NCBI GenBank assembly: GCA_963643165.1 | Contig: CAVIJD010000008.1 | Coordinates: 4,397-68,396 of the forward strand | Source: a bacterium | Lineage (GTDB): Bacteria > Bacteroidota > Bacteroidia > Bacteroidales > WCHB1-69 | Length of the DNA stretch: 64,000 nt | Direction of reading: 5' to 3' | In this document: piece by piece, positions 30,012 to 41,360 of the stretch | Numbering within the stretch: the stretch's first letter is position 1 | Layout of the letters: each line of letters starts with the position of its first letter | Made by a program: the position numbers and the translations under genes | Notes under the pieces: model-generated | Database searches by the model: none | What the model was told of the DNA's origin: nothing | Seen by the model: the letters and a program-made list of their open reading frames with translations, nothing else

Positions 30012-33000
30012 ATGAAATTCATAGACAAAATCATTCGATTCTCACTCCAGAACCGCCTGTTAGTGCTATTAGGGGCGGTGCTGGTAATGTTTGGCGGCAT
30101 CTACTCCGCCAACAAGATGGACATTGACGTCTTTCCGGACCTCACCGCCCCCACGGTGGTGGTGATGACCGATGCGCACGGCATGGCCGCCGAAGAGGTG
30201 GAACGGCTCGTCACCTTCCCCATAGAGACGGCCGTGAACGGCGCCACCAACGTGCGCCGTGTACGCTCCAACTCCACCACGGGATTCTCGTTCGTATGGG
30301 TGGAATTCGACTGGGGCATGGACATCTTCAAGGCCCGGCAGATTGTGAGCGAGAAGATGGTGTCCATAGGAGAAATGCTGCCCGAGGGCATCGCGCCCGT
30401 GTTGGCTCCGCAGTCGAGCATCATGGGCGAGATCCTGTTCATCGGCATGCAGGCCGACAGCACCTCGATGATGGACCTCCGCACCCTGGCCGAGTGGGTG
30501 GTCAAACCCACCATCCTCGCCACTGGCGGCGTGTCGCAAGTTACCGTGCTGGGCGGCGACTACAAACAGTACCACATCCTCGCCGACCCCTACCGCATGC
30601 AACGCTACGGCGTGACGATGGACGAACTGGAGGAGGTGGGCAAGAGCTTCAGCAACAACTCCGCCGGCGGCATCATCAACGACTACGGCAACGAGTACGC
30701 CCTCCGCGGCATGGCCCGCACCGCTGACATCGACGAACTGGGCAGGTCGTACCTCAAGACCCTCAACGGCTCGCCCGTGGTGCTCTCCGACGTGGCCGAT
30801 GTCACGATAGGCTCGGCACAAAAACTGGGCACGGGCTCCCGCAACGGCAAGCCCGCCATCATCATCTCCGTATCCAAACAGCCGAACATCAACACGCTGA
30901 AAGTGACCGAAAGCATCGAAAAGAACATCCAAGAGGTGCAGAAGTCGCTGCCCGCCGACGTACACATCGACACACACATCTTCCGGCAGGCCGACTTCAT
31001 CGAGGCCTCCGTCAGCAACGTGGGGCGCGCGCTGCTCGAAGGCGCCCTGTTTGTCATCATCGTGCTGTTTCTCTTCCTGGGCAACTTCCGCACCACACTG
31101 ATTTCCGTCGTGGCCATCCCGATATCGTTGTTAGGCACCATCATTGTGCTGCACCTGCTCGGCATGGACATCAACACCATGACCTTAGGCGGCATGTGCA
31201 TAGCCATAGGCTCCTTGGTTGACGACGCCATCATCGACGTGGAGAACGTCTATAAGCGGCTTCGCGAGAACCACCGCCTGCCCGAGGGCGACCGCCGTTC
31301 CACCTTTGAAGTGGTGTTTGAGGCCTCACGCGAGATCCGCGCCTCCATCATCAACGCCACCCTCATCATCATGGTGGCCTTTGTGCCCTTGTTCTTCTTG
31401 TCGGGCATGGAAGGCCGGCTGCTCATACCGCTGGGCATCACCTACATCATCGCCCTGTTCATGTCGCTGCTCGTAGCCATGACCCTCACGCCGCTGCTTT
31501 GCAAGCTGTTGCTCACCAACGAGCACTACCTGCTCAAGAACGAGCGGGAGAGCCGGCTGGCGCAATGGCTTTCGGCCCGCTACCGCAAGACGCTGGCTTG
31601 GGTGTTGGAGCACACACGCCCGATGCTCGCCGGCACCGGGATGCTGCTGGTCGGCGCCATCGTCGCCTTTTTCCTGATGGGGCGCAGTTTCCTGCCCGAC
31701 TTCAACGAGGGCTCGATGACCATCTCGGCCGTCACGCAGCCCGGGGTCTCGCTGGAGGTGAGCGACCATTTAGGCAGCCTAATGGAAGAGGCCCTGCTGG
31801 AAATCCCCGAGGTGAACAGCACGGCACGGCGCACGGGACGCGGCGACCTGGACGAACATTCGCAGTCAACCAACGGTTGTGAGATTGACGTGAACTTCAC
31901 CCTCGGCAAGCGTTCGCGCGAGGAGCTGTTCAACGATGCCCGCGAGCGGCTCAATGCCATCCCCGGCGTGGCGGTCACCATAGGGCAGCCGCTCGGCCAC
32001 CGCATCGACCACATGCTCTCGGGCACGCGCGCCGCCATCGCCATCAAGCTCTTCGGCACCGACCTGAGCCAGATGTACGCCATAGGCAACGACATCAAGC
32101 ACGCCGTTCAAGGCATTGAGGGACTTGTTGACGTGAGCGTAGAGCAGCAGACCGAGACACCGCAACTGCAAGTGCGCGCCAACCGCGACGCCCTTGCCCG
32201 CTACGGCATCCCCATTGAGGAGTTCAACCACTTCATAGAACTGGCATTCTCGGGCGAGAAAATCGCCGACATCTACGAGGGACAACGCAGCTTTGACGTA
32301 GTGTTGCGGCTGCCCGATGAGTACCGCGACATCGAGGGGGTGCGCAAAGCCCTGATTGACACTAAGGAGGGCGGCAAAGTTCCGCTCGAAGAGGTGGCGG
32401 AAGTGGTGTCTGCCGCCGGCCCCAACAACATCAGCCGCGAGAACGTGCAACGCAAACTGGTGGTTTCCGCCAACGTCTCCGGCCGTGATGTCGGCAGCGT
32501 AGTCGATGACATCCGCAAAACCGTGGACCAGCAGATCAAGTTGCCCGAGGGCTACCGCATCGAGTACGGCGGGCAGTTTGAGAGCGCGCAGCGTGCCTCC
32601 CGCACCCTGACCTTGGCGACCATCATCTCCATATTCGTGATATTCCTGCTGTTGTACGGCGAGTTCAAGAATGTGAAACTCTCCGCCATGATCCTCGTCA
32701 ACCTGCCGTTGGCCATGATCGGCGGCGTGTTTGCCGTGGCTGTCTCCTCGCAGACCGTCAGCATCCCCTCCATCATCGGGTTCATCACGCTGTTCGGCAT
32801 CGCGGTGCGCAACGGCGTGCTGTTAGTCTCGCGCTACGAGCACCTGCAACGCGACGGGATGCCCTTGCGCCAAACTGTCGTCGAGGGCTCTGTTGACCGG
32901 CTAAACCCAATCTTGATGACCGCACTCACCTCCGCGTTGGCCCTCATCCCGCTGATTTTCAACGGCGACAAGTCGGGCAACGAAATCCAAAGTCCTATGG

Positions 33001-33122
33001 CGGTGGTAGTGCTCGGCGGCCTGGTCACCTCAACGCTGCTCAACCTCTATATCATGCCTATCATGTACGAATGGTACCGGAAGAGATTCCCCCATGCGGG
33101 CAAGAGCGGCAATGCCGAATAG
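30012..33122 (+). CDS. CusA/CzcA family heavy metal efflux RND transporter
   Basis: DIDVFPDLTAPTVVVMTDAHGMAAEEVERLVTFPIETAVNG; GMDINTMTLGGMCIAIGSLVDDAIIDVENV; 1036 aa. Confidence 0.93.
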   Translation: MKFIDKIIRFSLQNRLLVLLGAVLVMFGGIYSANKMDIDVFPDLTAPTVVVMTDAHGMAAEEVERLVTFPIETAVNGATNVRRVRSNSTTGFSFVWVEFDWGMDIFKARQIVSEKMVSIGEMLPEGIAPVLAPQSSIMGEILFIGMQADSTSMMDLRTLAEWVVKPTILATGGVSQVTVLGGDYKQYHILADPYRMQRYGVTMDELEEVGKSFSNNSAGGIINDYGNEYALRGMARTADIDELGRSYLKTLNGSPVVLSDVADVTIGSAQKLGTGSRNGKPAIIISVSKQPNINTLKVTESIEKNIQEVQKSLPADVHIDTHIFRQADFIEASVSNVGRALLEGALFVIIVLFLFLGNFRTTLISVVAIPISLLGTIIVLHLLGMDINTMTLGGMCIAIGSLVDDAIIDVENVYKRLRENHRLPEGDRRSTFEVVFEASREIRASIINATLIIMVAFVPLFFLSGMEGRLLIPLGITYIIALFMSLLVAMTLTPLLCKLLLTNEHYLLKNERESRLAQWLSARYRKTLAWVLEHTRPMLAGTGMLLVGAIVAFFLMGRSFLPDFNEGSMTISAVTQPGVSLEVSDHLGSLMEEALLEIPEVNSTARRTGRGDLDEHSQSTNGCEIDVNFTLGKRSREELFNDARERLNAIPGVAVTIGQPLGHRIDHMLSGTRAAIAIKLFGTDLSQMYAIGNDIKHAVQGIEGLVDVSVEQQTETPQLQVRANRDALARYGIPIEEFNHFIELAFSGEKIADIYEGQRSFDVVLRLPDEYRDIEGVRKALIDTKEGGKVPLEEVAEVVSAAGPNNISRENVQRKLVVSANVSGRDVGSVVDDIRKTVDQQIKLPEGYRIEYGGQFESAQRASRTLTLATIISIFVIFLLLYGEFKNVKLSAMILVNLPLAMIGGVFAVAVSSQTVSIPSIIGFITLFGIAVRNGVLLVSRYEHLQRDGMPLRQTVVEGSVDRLNPILMTALTSALALIPLIFNGDKSGNEIQSPMAVVVLGGLVTSTLLNLYIMPIMYEWYRKRFPHAGKSGNAE

Positions 33123-33126
33123 CCAT

Positions 33127-33170
33127 GAGGTTCTGCCGTCAACGGCGGCAGAACCTCTATTATCATTTTT
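33127..33170 (+). terminator. Terminator/attenuator-like hairpin between RND pump and TolC-like genes
   Basis: GAGGTTCTGCCG-TCAACGG-CGGCAGAACCTC followed by TATTATCATTTTTT. Confidence 0.6.
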
Positions 33171-33191
33171 TACAATATAATATCAGAGACA

Positions 33192-34376
33192 ATGACAAAA
33201 AACAAATTCATCCTCATATTAGCCTTGTTGTCCGCTTCCACCTTAGGGCAGGCGCAGAACTATGATGCCGTATTGCGCAACATTGAAGCCAACAACACCG
33301 AATTGAAAACCCTGCGCGCAAAGACCGACGCCGCAAAGACTGCCTGCCGCACAGGCATCCTGCCCGACAACCCCGAAGTGGAATTCGGGTACTTGTGGGG
33401 CTCGCCGCAGTCGGAGGGCAGCCGCATCGACTTCAACGTGACGCAGAGCCTCGACTTTCCCACCACCTACGTTTACCGCGACAAGCTGGCCGATGCCGAA
33501 GCGCAGGAAGCAGAGTTGCGCTATGCCACAGCGCACAAGGACTTGTTGGCGGAGGTGCGCCAACACTGCATCCGGCTCATCTATTGCAACATTCTGCAAA
33601 AAGAAAACGAATATCATGTAAAAACCGCCCAAGCCATTCAAGATGCCTACCAGCGGATGTATGACAATGGCGAAAAGAGCATCCTGGACCTCAACAAGGC
33701 GCGCCTCGAGTTGCTCTCTGCCCGCAAAGAGCTGGAGAACAACCGGGTAGAGCAAGAGACCTTATTGGGCGAACTGATGCAGATGAACGGCGGCCAGCCC
33801 GTCGTGTTGCCCGACACCGTCTATCCCATCGTACCCGTCACCGAGCCTTTCGACGACTGGTACAAACGCATTGAGCCGCTCAACCCGTCGCTGCAGCAAC
33901 TTGAGGCACAGCAGCATGCCAACCGGCGGCGCATACAGTTGAGCAAGTCGCTTTGGGCACCGGGGCTGTCGGTAGGCTACAAGAGCGAACGCACGCCCGG
34001 GGCGGTGCTGCAAGGCATCGGGGTCGGCATCTCGCTGCCCTTGTGGAGCAACAGCCGGAGCATAAAAAGTGCCATGGCCGAGAAAACCGCCTTGCAGTCG
34101 GAGGCCTTTGACCTGCGGACGCAGTACTACAGCAGTCTGAAGAGCAAGTACCGCGAGACAGAACGTCTGAAAGGGCTGCTGGACGAGTACCGCGCCACCC
34201 TCTCCTCGTTGAACACAGACGCCTTGCTGCTCAAAGCCTTGGAGCAGGGCGAGATCTCGCTCATCGACTACATCTTGGAACGCCGGATATACCGCGAGGC
34301 GCTGCACGAAGCCTACGACACGGAATATGCCCTGCAGAAAGCGCTCGTCGAGCTGACAGTGTATGCAGAGGAGTAA
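33192..34376 (+). CDS. TolC/CusC family outer membrane efflux protein
   Basis: Signal peptide MTKNKFILILALLSASTLGQAQ; TolC-like heptad helices; position after the adaptor and pump genes. Confidence 0.87.
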   Translation: MTKNKFILILALLSASTLGQAQNYDAVLRNIEANNTELKTLRAKTDAAKTACRTGILPDNPEVEFGYLWGSPQSEGSRIDFNVTQSLDFPTTYVYRDKLADAEAQEAELRYATAHKDLLAEVRQHCIRLIYCNILQKENEYHVKTAQAIQDAYQRMYDNGEKSILDLNKARLELLSARKELENNRVEQETLLGELMQMNGGQPVVLPDTVYPIVPVTEPFDDWYKRIEPLNPSLQQLEAQQHANRRRIQLSKSLWAPGLSVGYKSERTPGAVLQGIGVGISLPLWSNSRSIKSAMAEKTALQSEAFDLRTQYYSSLKSKYRETERLKGLLDEYRATLSSLNTDALLLKALEQGEISLIDYILERRIYREALHEAYDTEYALQKALVELTVYAEE

Positions 34377-34480
34377 AAGGACATGGCTACCTAACGGACG
34401 AGCCAACTGATTGCAGCTGGAGTGTCTTAGACAGTCTCAGAATGGACCATAACCTTGTGAATTTGGAAAATGCAACAACA

Positions 34481-34510
34481 GGCGTAACGCCTCTAAATTC
34501 TACATACTGA
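34481..34510 (+). repeat. Dispersed intergenic repeat, copy C (short)
   Basis: GGCGTAACGCCTCTAAATTCTACATACTGA; same module order as 46191-46220. Confidence 0.6.
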
Positions 34511-34512
34511 AT

Positions 34513-36036
34513 TCATTTTCCTGCGGCAGCCGACACCCTTTTCCTCAATTGTATCCTCATCACGGTGCCTTTGTCGGGGGCGGAACTCTTGACAAAGAGT
34601 TTGCCTTTGTGGTATTCGCGGATGATGCGCCGGGCGAGCGTCAGACCGAGTCCCCAGCCGCGGCTCTTGGAGGTGTATCCGGGCATGAAGATGCGCTTCT
34701 GCATACGGTAAGGGATGCCCTTGCCCGTGTCGGCGATGTCAACGTTCACTTTGTCTTTCTCCTCTGTGATGCTGATGGTTATCGAGCCTTTGCCCTCCAT
34801 GGCGTCAACCGCATTCTTGCAGATATTCTCTATCACCCACTCAAAAAGGTAGCGGTTCAGCGAGAGGGTCAGATGTTCCTGCTCCGACTGCACCGTAATC
34901 TTGACCATGGATGGCACACGCGACTGCAGATAGGCCACAAACTCCTTTATCACTTCAACCAAGTCTTGCGGTTCTAACACCGGCACAGAACCAATTTTGG
35001 AAAAACGTTGCGCTATCGTTTCAAGGCGGTGTACGTCCTTGCCGATCTCGGTGGGCACCGACTGTTCTATGGGCATCTCCTTCAGCAACTCAGTCCACGC
35101 CATCAGCGACGAGATGGGCGTGCCCAATTGGTGCGCCGTCTCCTTAGACATGCCCACCCAGATGCGGTTTTGTTCCGACTTGCGCGACGTGCTGAACAGC
35201 AACCAGGCCACAATGATGAAGATGACAATGAACCCCAACTCGATAAAGGGGAACATGCGCAGCTGTTTCAGCACCGACGACTCTTCGTAATAGACATAGC
35301 AGGTGCCGTGGTCGAGCAGGTTGAGTACAATCGGGGCATTCTCGCCTTTCATCTTCTCAAGCCGTTCGGCGAGTCGCGTCGGGTCAGCGATGACGGACGA
35401 GTCGATATTGCCCGTATTGATGACATTGCGGCGCGTGCTGTCGGTGATGATGACCGGCGCGGAGGCGGAATTGATGACCGTTTCCTGGAAGAACGACTGG
35501 ATGAGATTGTCGATGACGACGTGGAGTTTGCCATAGATGGGCGACTCCTGATAGTAGAACGTCACGTACCGGTTTTCGAGGTAAGGGACGCTCTGGCTGG
35601 AATAGAGCTCGATGTCGCTGCCCATTTCGCTGATGTTCCTCATGCGGGCTATGCTGTCGGGCACATTGATGGAAGCGTCGATCGTGCCGCCCTGGCTAGT
35701 GATAATCAGCGGCACCGTCTTGTTTGACGAGATAATCTCATTATAGAAAGTGAGATCCTCATCCAGTGGCGCCTCAATGATCTTCTTCACCGTAGTGGCG
35801 AGTATTCTGGCGTGGTTGTCCTCTTCAATCTTGATAGAATTGAAGAAATGTTCGGTTTCGTTTACGATTTGCGCCTTATAGGAGATGGCGCCGGCCCATA
35901 TCTCCATCCGTTTGCGCTCCTCCTGCGCTATGTTGTTCACCAATTTGTTGGCATAGAAGATAATCACCACATACACCACGGCCGCCGATATGAAGAGCAG
36001 CCATTTGAGTTGCGTGCTATGGTCATTCCTTCTCAT
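34513..36036 (-). CDS. Membrane sensor histidine kinase
   Basis: H-box KETAHQLGTPISSLMAW; N-box NICKNAVDAMEG; G-boxes VDIADTGKGIPY and GWGLGLTLARRI; N-terminal TM and periplasmic region. Confidence 0.9.
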   Translation of the reverse strand: MRRNDHSTQLKWLLFISAAVVYVVIIFYANKLVNNIAQEERKRMEIWAGAISYKAQIVNETEHFFNSIKIEEDNHARILATTVKKIIEAPLDEDLTFYNEIISSNKTVPLIITSQGGTIDASINVPDSIARMRNISEMGSDIELYSSQSVPYLENRYVTFYYQESPIYGKLHVVIDNLIQSFFQETVINSASAPVIITDSTRRNVINTGNIDSSVIADPTRLAERLEKMKGENAPIVLNLLDHGTCYVYYEESSVLKQLRMFPFIELGFIVIFIIVAWLLFSTSRKSEQNRIWVGMSKETAHQLGTPISSLMAWTELLKEMPIEQSVPTEIGKDVHRLETIAQRFSKIGSVPVLEPQDLVEVIKEFVAYLQSRVPSMVKITVQSEQEHLTLSLNRYLFEWVIENICKNAVDAMEGKGSITISITEEKDKVNVDIADTGKGIPYRMQKRIFMPGYTSKSRGWGLGLTLARRIIREYHKGKLFVKSSAPDKGTVMRIQLRKRVSAAAGK

Positions 36037-36045
36037 AGCGAAGGC

Positions 36046-37026
<981 letters not shown>

Positions 37027-37041
37027 GTTTCATTTCATTTA

Positions 37042-38394
37042 TCAGGGGATCTGCCATTTCGTCACAAACGGGCACTCCCTGTACTGGTTATTCAATTTAA
37101 TATTAGTCACTTTCACTTTATCGAGCACCCATTTCTGGAGGGCGTCGTATTTTTTCTCCTCGAGGGCGGCGTTCTTTATAAGGTCATAGTCTTCCACAAT
37201 ATTGGCCTTGTGTTCAGCCACCTTCTCTTTGAGGTAGATAAGTCGGTAGGCCATCACGCCGTCGTCATTGACAAACGGCACGCACTCGGAATACTCGCCG
37301 GGAATCAGTTTGGCGACGGTAGCGTAGGTGGCGTCATCCATCGACTGTCTGTCGAAGCTGAAAGAGTTGGTATATTGGTTCACCACCATGCCGCCGCTCG
37401 TCTTCGTAGTGCCGTCGGAGAAGCGTTTGGCGGCCTCTTCGAGCCCAAGGTGCTCATTGACAATAATTTTCCTCACGCTGTCGAGATAGGTGATAGCCTT
37501 AACCTGCTCATCGGTAGAGGGTTTAGGTTGAATGAGGATATGGGCGCAATGGATAGACTCGCCGCGGCGTTCAATGAGTTGGATGATATGATAGCCGGCG
37601 CGTGTCTTCACCACTTGGGAGACCTCGCCCGACTTGAGGTTGAAGGCCACGGCCTCAAATTCGGGATAGAGGGAGCCGCGTTCCACGAAGCCGAGGTCGC
37701 CGCCCTTGGAGGCGCTGCCCGGGTCGTCGGAATAGAGGCGTGCCAGCATCGAGAACTTCTCGCCGCGGAGCACTCGCTCGCGGTAATCGTTGAGCCGCGA
37801 CTTCACCGACTCGGTTTCGGCGTCGCTCACGGGCGGGATCTTCACCACCTCGCCAAACTGGTACGAAGTGGGCACGATCGGCATGCTGTCGCTGTTCATC
37901 CGGGCGGCGAACTGCTTCACCTCGGAGGGCGTCACCGTGATGCTGCCCGTAATCTTCGACTGCACCTGCTCGATGAGGGCCTGCTCATACATCATCTCCC
38001 GCAGGTCCTTCTTAATCTCCGTCATCGACTTCTTGAAATACTCCTCAATATATTTGGTATTGCCGCCCACTTGTTGCAAAAAGTAAGAGAGGCGGGCATT
38101 GATGCGGTAGTCAATCTCCTCGTCGGTAACCTCAATGCTGTCGAGCTGGGCCTGATTGACCATCAACTTGTTGAACATCAACGTCTCAAGAATATAGCAA
38201 CGGGTGTCGTCCGGGTCTTCCACCGTGTTGAACTGCGCCGTATAGTCAAGATAATGCTTCTCGAGGTCTGACCTCATGATGATGTCCTTGCCGATAACCG
38301 CCACGATGCCGTCAACGGGCACGCCGGTTTGGGCGAACGAAACAAGGCTGAACAAAGTCAGCAGGGCCGTAGTTATATTTCTTTTCATCCTCAC
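37042..38394 (-). CDS. Periplasmic peptidylprolyl isomerase, SurA/parvulin type
   Basis: Signal peptide MKRNITTALLTLFSLVSFAQ; DGIVAVIGKDIIMRSDLE; parvulin motifs LARLYSDDPGSASKGGDLGFVERGSLYPEFEAVAF. Confidence 0.9.
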   Translation of the reverse strand: MRMKRNITTALLTLFSLVSFAQTGVPVDGIVAVIGKDIIMRSDLEKHYLDYTAQFNTVEDPDDTRCYILETLMFNKLMVNQAQLDSIEVTDEEIDYRINARLSYFLQQVGGNTKYIEEYFKKSMTEIKKDLREMMYEQALIEQVQSKITGSITVTPSEVKQFAARMNSDSMPIVPTSYQFGEVVKIPPVSDAETESVKSRLNDYRERVLRGEKFSMLARLYSDDPGSASKGGDLGFVERGSLYPEFEAVAFNLKSGEVSQVVKTRAGYHIIQLIERRGESIHCAHILIQPKPSTDEQVKAITYLDSVRKIIVNEHLGLEEAAKRFSDGTTKTSGGMVVNQYTNSFSFDRQSMDDATYATVAKLIPGEYSECVPFVNDDGVMAYRLIYLKEKVAEHKANIVEDYDLIKNAALEEKKYDALQKWVLDKVKVTNIKLNNQYRECPFVTKWQIP

Positions 38395-38528
38395 TGTTCT
38401 AATTTAATAGCTGCTTTTCCTGTTGCGGAACGGGCAGAACCGTTTAAAAAATTGTGGGGGCGAAAATACAAAAAAAAAGAAGACAGCCGCCTTCTTTTTC
38501 TTGTGTTGATGCAATGGTTTCGTCCAAC

Positions 38529-38687
38529 TTATTTTCTTCCAAGACTTTCGTCGGAAACGGTGAGTTTCTTTCTCCCTTTTGCTCTGCGGGCAGCCAGCAC
38601 GCGACGACCGTTTGCGGTGGACATTCTCTCTCTGAAACCATGCTTGTTTCTGCGTCTCTCGTTAGAGGGTTGATATGTTCTTTTCAT
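38529..38687 (-). CDS. rpmH: 50S ribosomal protein L34 (52 aa, missing from the ORF track)
   Basis: Minus-strand translation [52 protein letters not shown]; canonical L34 sequence. Confidence 0.96.
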   Translation of the reverse strand: MKRTYQPSNERRRNKHGFRERMSTANGRRVLAARRAKGRKKLTVSDESLGRK

Positions 38688-38858
38688 CTCTACTTTTATT
38701 TATTTTTCCAACATTTTTTCAAGGCTGCAAAAGTACACTTTTTTCTGATACCTCCGACCGCAAAATAAATTTTGGTCATTAAAAATGCAAAGCGGCCTAT
38801 CTGCGATTTTTTTGCTATTATTGCTTTCCCGTTTTTAAAACCCAATAAATTAACGCGT

Positions 38859-41309
38859 ATGACCAAAAGATTTACCTTTTCAACATTAGTCATATTGTTT
38901 GCTTTCAGCAATTTAATAATCGCTCAGACCGAAAGTCCGTACAGCGGATTCAGTCCGGAGAAGGTCAAAGAAAACACGAAATACACCCGTAATTTTGCGC
39001 CCAACAACTATGATTCGAAGATTCTGTACGACTGCATGACCGAGATCCTCGACGCGGCGCGGGCGCAATACCGCTATCTGCCGGCGCTGAAACATGACAT
39101 CCGGCTGGACTCCACCGCGCAGTTCCAGGCCGACTACATGGGCTCGAAAGATGAGCGCACCGAGGAGAACCTGGCCCCTTACAAAACCATCCCCTACCGT
39201 CTGCGCAAATACGGGCTCGCGGGCAACGGGCAGGAGCTGGTGGCCAAGACGAAAGCCTATCTGGGCGAGGCCGAATACTCCTACTACGACCTCTGCCTCT
39301 CGGCGGTGCTCAACCTGCTGAAGAACGCCAAGTTAGTCGATATCCTGCTCGACCGCCAGTACTCCTACGTGGGCATCGGCTTCTGCACCGACATGATGAT
39401 GCGGAACATGTACATCTCGTTCGTGCTGGGCAACGACCGCACTTTCAACAACTACAAGCCCGCCATCGGCACCAAAGACCTGCCCTACTCCAAAGGACAG
39501 TCGGGGCTGAAGTCCTTTGACAGCAAGATCTGCAAGAAATGCGCCGCCGAAACCGGCCTTGAGACACTCTCAGAGTACTTCAGCATCAACAAAAACGGCG
39601 ATGTCTATATCACCTGCAACGACTACAAGGCCGTGAAGAAACTCATCGGCAAAGAGGGCGACGCCATTGCCCTCGACTTTGTGCAGCAAAGCCAATACGA
39701 CTGCGAGGGGTTCACCATCGACTATGACCATCCGCACCGCGGCTTCGTCACCAAACCCATCACCTTTGAGAGCATCCTCGCGAAAAACGAGAACACCAAC
39801 CTCAAGACCGGGAAACTCATCGCCAAGGTCGCCACACTCCCCGAGACCATCGAACTCAGCGCCCCCGTTGAACTGCACATCCTGATTCTGAAAGAGGGCA
39901 ACCGCGTTTGCCGCACCATCATACCTAAATATATAGAAACCAAAAATGCCGACTACACTGAGAAGGTCAACTTCATTGAAGACAAGAGCGGCAGTGTCGG
40001 CGAATGGGTGCCCGCCGCGGAGACGGACTCTTTCAGCGTCGAGTTCCCCTACACCCTCAAAAAAACCGACTACACCTGTGCCGCTTTCGACTCTGCCCTG
40101 AAAGCCATCAACGTGCCCGAATACAACATCAACCGCATCGAAATCATAGCGCACAACTCGCCCAACTATTACAAGGACGCCGTCTATCAGAAAACGCAAC
40201 AGAAACGGGCTGACTATCTGAAGAAAAACATGCAAACCCGCTACCCGGGCACGGAAATCACCGTACGTTACGACTTCTGCTGGGACCTCTTCAAAGAGAA
40301 AATAGTGAACCAGAGCGACTACTATGACCTCAGTTTCCTGACCTTAGACGAGGCCGCCCGCCAGCTCAAAGGCGACAGTTACGCGCTCAAGACCCTCGAC
40401 AGCGGCTACCTTGCGCCTTGCCGCTACTATGAAATCAAGTTCCACGTCACCTACCCCATCGGCAACAAAGAGCAGGAGCAGGCCTTCACCTTGTGGAAAT
40501 TCAACAGTGCCATAGCCAACAAGAACAAGAAACTCGCCTCCTCCATCGCGAAATACATTGCCGGCCAGGTCAGAGAGGGCAACTACACCTCTTCCACCGT
40601 ATCCCAGATGCGGATTCCCTGGACCAAAAGTTATCAGACCCTGCTGAACAACAAAATGTACATGCTCTACTATCTTGCGCCCCACATGACCAAGCAGTTG
40701 AAAGACAGCATCACGCGCGTAAGCAACCTTGACGCCACCAACCAGACCGTCTTTTTCAACACCACCGTGGCCGACGTGGCACTGAGTTCAATCAAGACAC
40801 CGGCCGACGTGGCGCAGATCCAAGCCAAGATTGACAAGCTCTACACGATGCCCACCGTCCAGAAGGCCTACGTTGACGCCCTCAACCTCGAGCACCAGTT
40901 GAACGTCATCGACTACACCGACACCGCCGCCAAGACCACCGAAACCATTGCCTTGACAACAGCCGCCTACAGCAAAGTCAAGAGTCTGCAGAACCCCCAA
41001 ATGGACACTTGGCGCAATGCCTACAAGAAAGCCTCCTATTTTGTGAAAAACCACGACTACACCTACGCCATCTCGCTGATGGAGCCTTTCCTGGACGACG
41101 AGAAAGTGTCGGAAGACTTTCTCATGTCGTACGTTTCCATTGCGGCGCACCGCGAGCAGACCTACCTGAGCCCGCTCTTCACGAAAGCCGTAACGAGAGC
41201 CTTTGAGAAGAACCCCGCGCGGCTTTGCGGCATCTTCGGCAAACTCCCCTATTGCGTCATGGAAAACGAGGAGGTGAAGAGCATCCTTTGCAAAAACTGC
41301 GACAGATAG
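38859..41309 (+). CDS. Large secreted protein with possible CAP/SCP-like N-terminal region
   Basis: Likely start MTKRFTFSTLVILFAFSNLIIAQ (38859). N-terminal features LDSTAQFQADYM...YSYVGIGFCTD...MYISFVLG resemble CAP proteins. Confidence 0.6.
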   Translation: MTKRFTFSTLVILFAFSNLIIAQTESPYSGFSPEKVKENTKYTRNFAPNNYDSKILYDCMTEILDAARAQYRYLPALKHDIRLDSTAQFQADYMGSKDERTEENLAPYKTIPYRLRKYGLAGNGQELVAKTKAYLGEAEYSYYDLCLSAVLNLLKNAKLVDILLDRQYSYVGIGFCTDMMMRNMYISFVLGNDRTFNNYKPAIGTKDLPYSKGQSGLKSFDSKICKKCAAETGLETLSEYFSINKNGDVYITCNDYKAVKKLIGKEGDAIALDFVQQSQYDCEGFTIDYDHPHRGFVTKPITFESILAKNENTNLKTGKLIAKVATLPETIELSAPVELHILILKEGNRVCRTIIPKYIETKNADYTEKVNFIEDKSGSVGEWVPAAETDSFSVEFPYTLKKTDYTCAAFDSALKAINVPEYNINRIEIIAHNSPNYYKDAVYQKTQQKRADYLKKNMQTRYPGTEITVRYDFCWDLFKEKIVNQSDYYDLSFLTLDEAARQLKGDSYALKTLDSGYLAPCRYYEIKFHVTYPIGNKEQEQAFTLWKFNSAIANKNKKLASSIAKYIAGQVREGNYTSSTVSQMRIPWTKSYQTLLNNKMYMLYYLAPHMTKQLKDSITRVSNLDATNQTVFFNTTVADVALSSIKTPADVAQIQAKIDKLYTMPTVQKAYVDALNLEHQLNVIDYTDTAAKTTETIALTTAAYSKVKSLQNPQMDTWRNAYKKASYFVKNHDYTYAISLMEPFLDDEKVSEDFLMSYVSIAAHREQTYLSPLFTKAVTRAFEKNPARLCGIFGKLPYCVMENEEVKSILCKNCDR

Positions 41310-41360
41310 ACACGGAGGCCACACGCTGAGACGGACGGCTTTAACTATTACGATTAGAAA

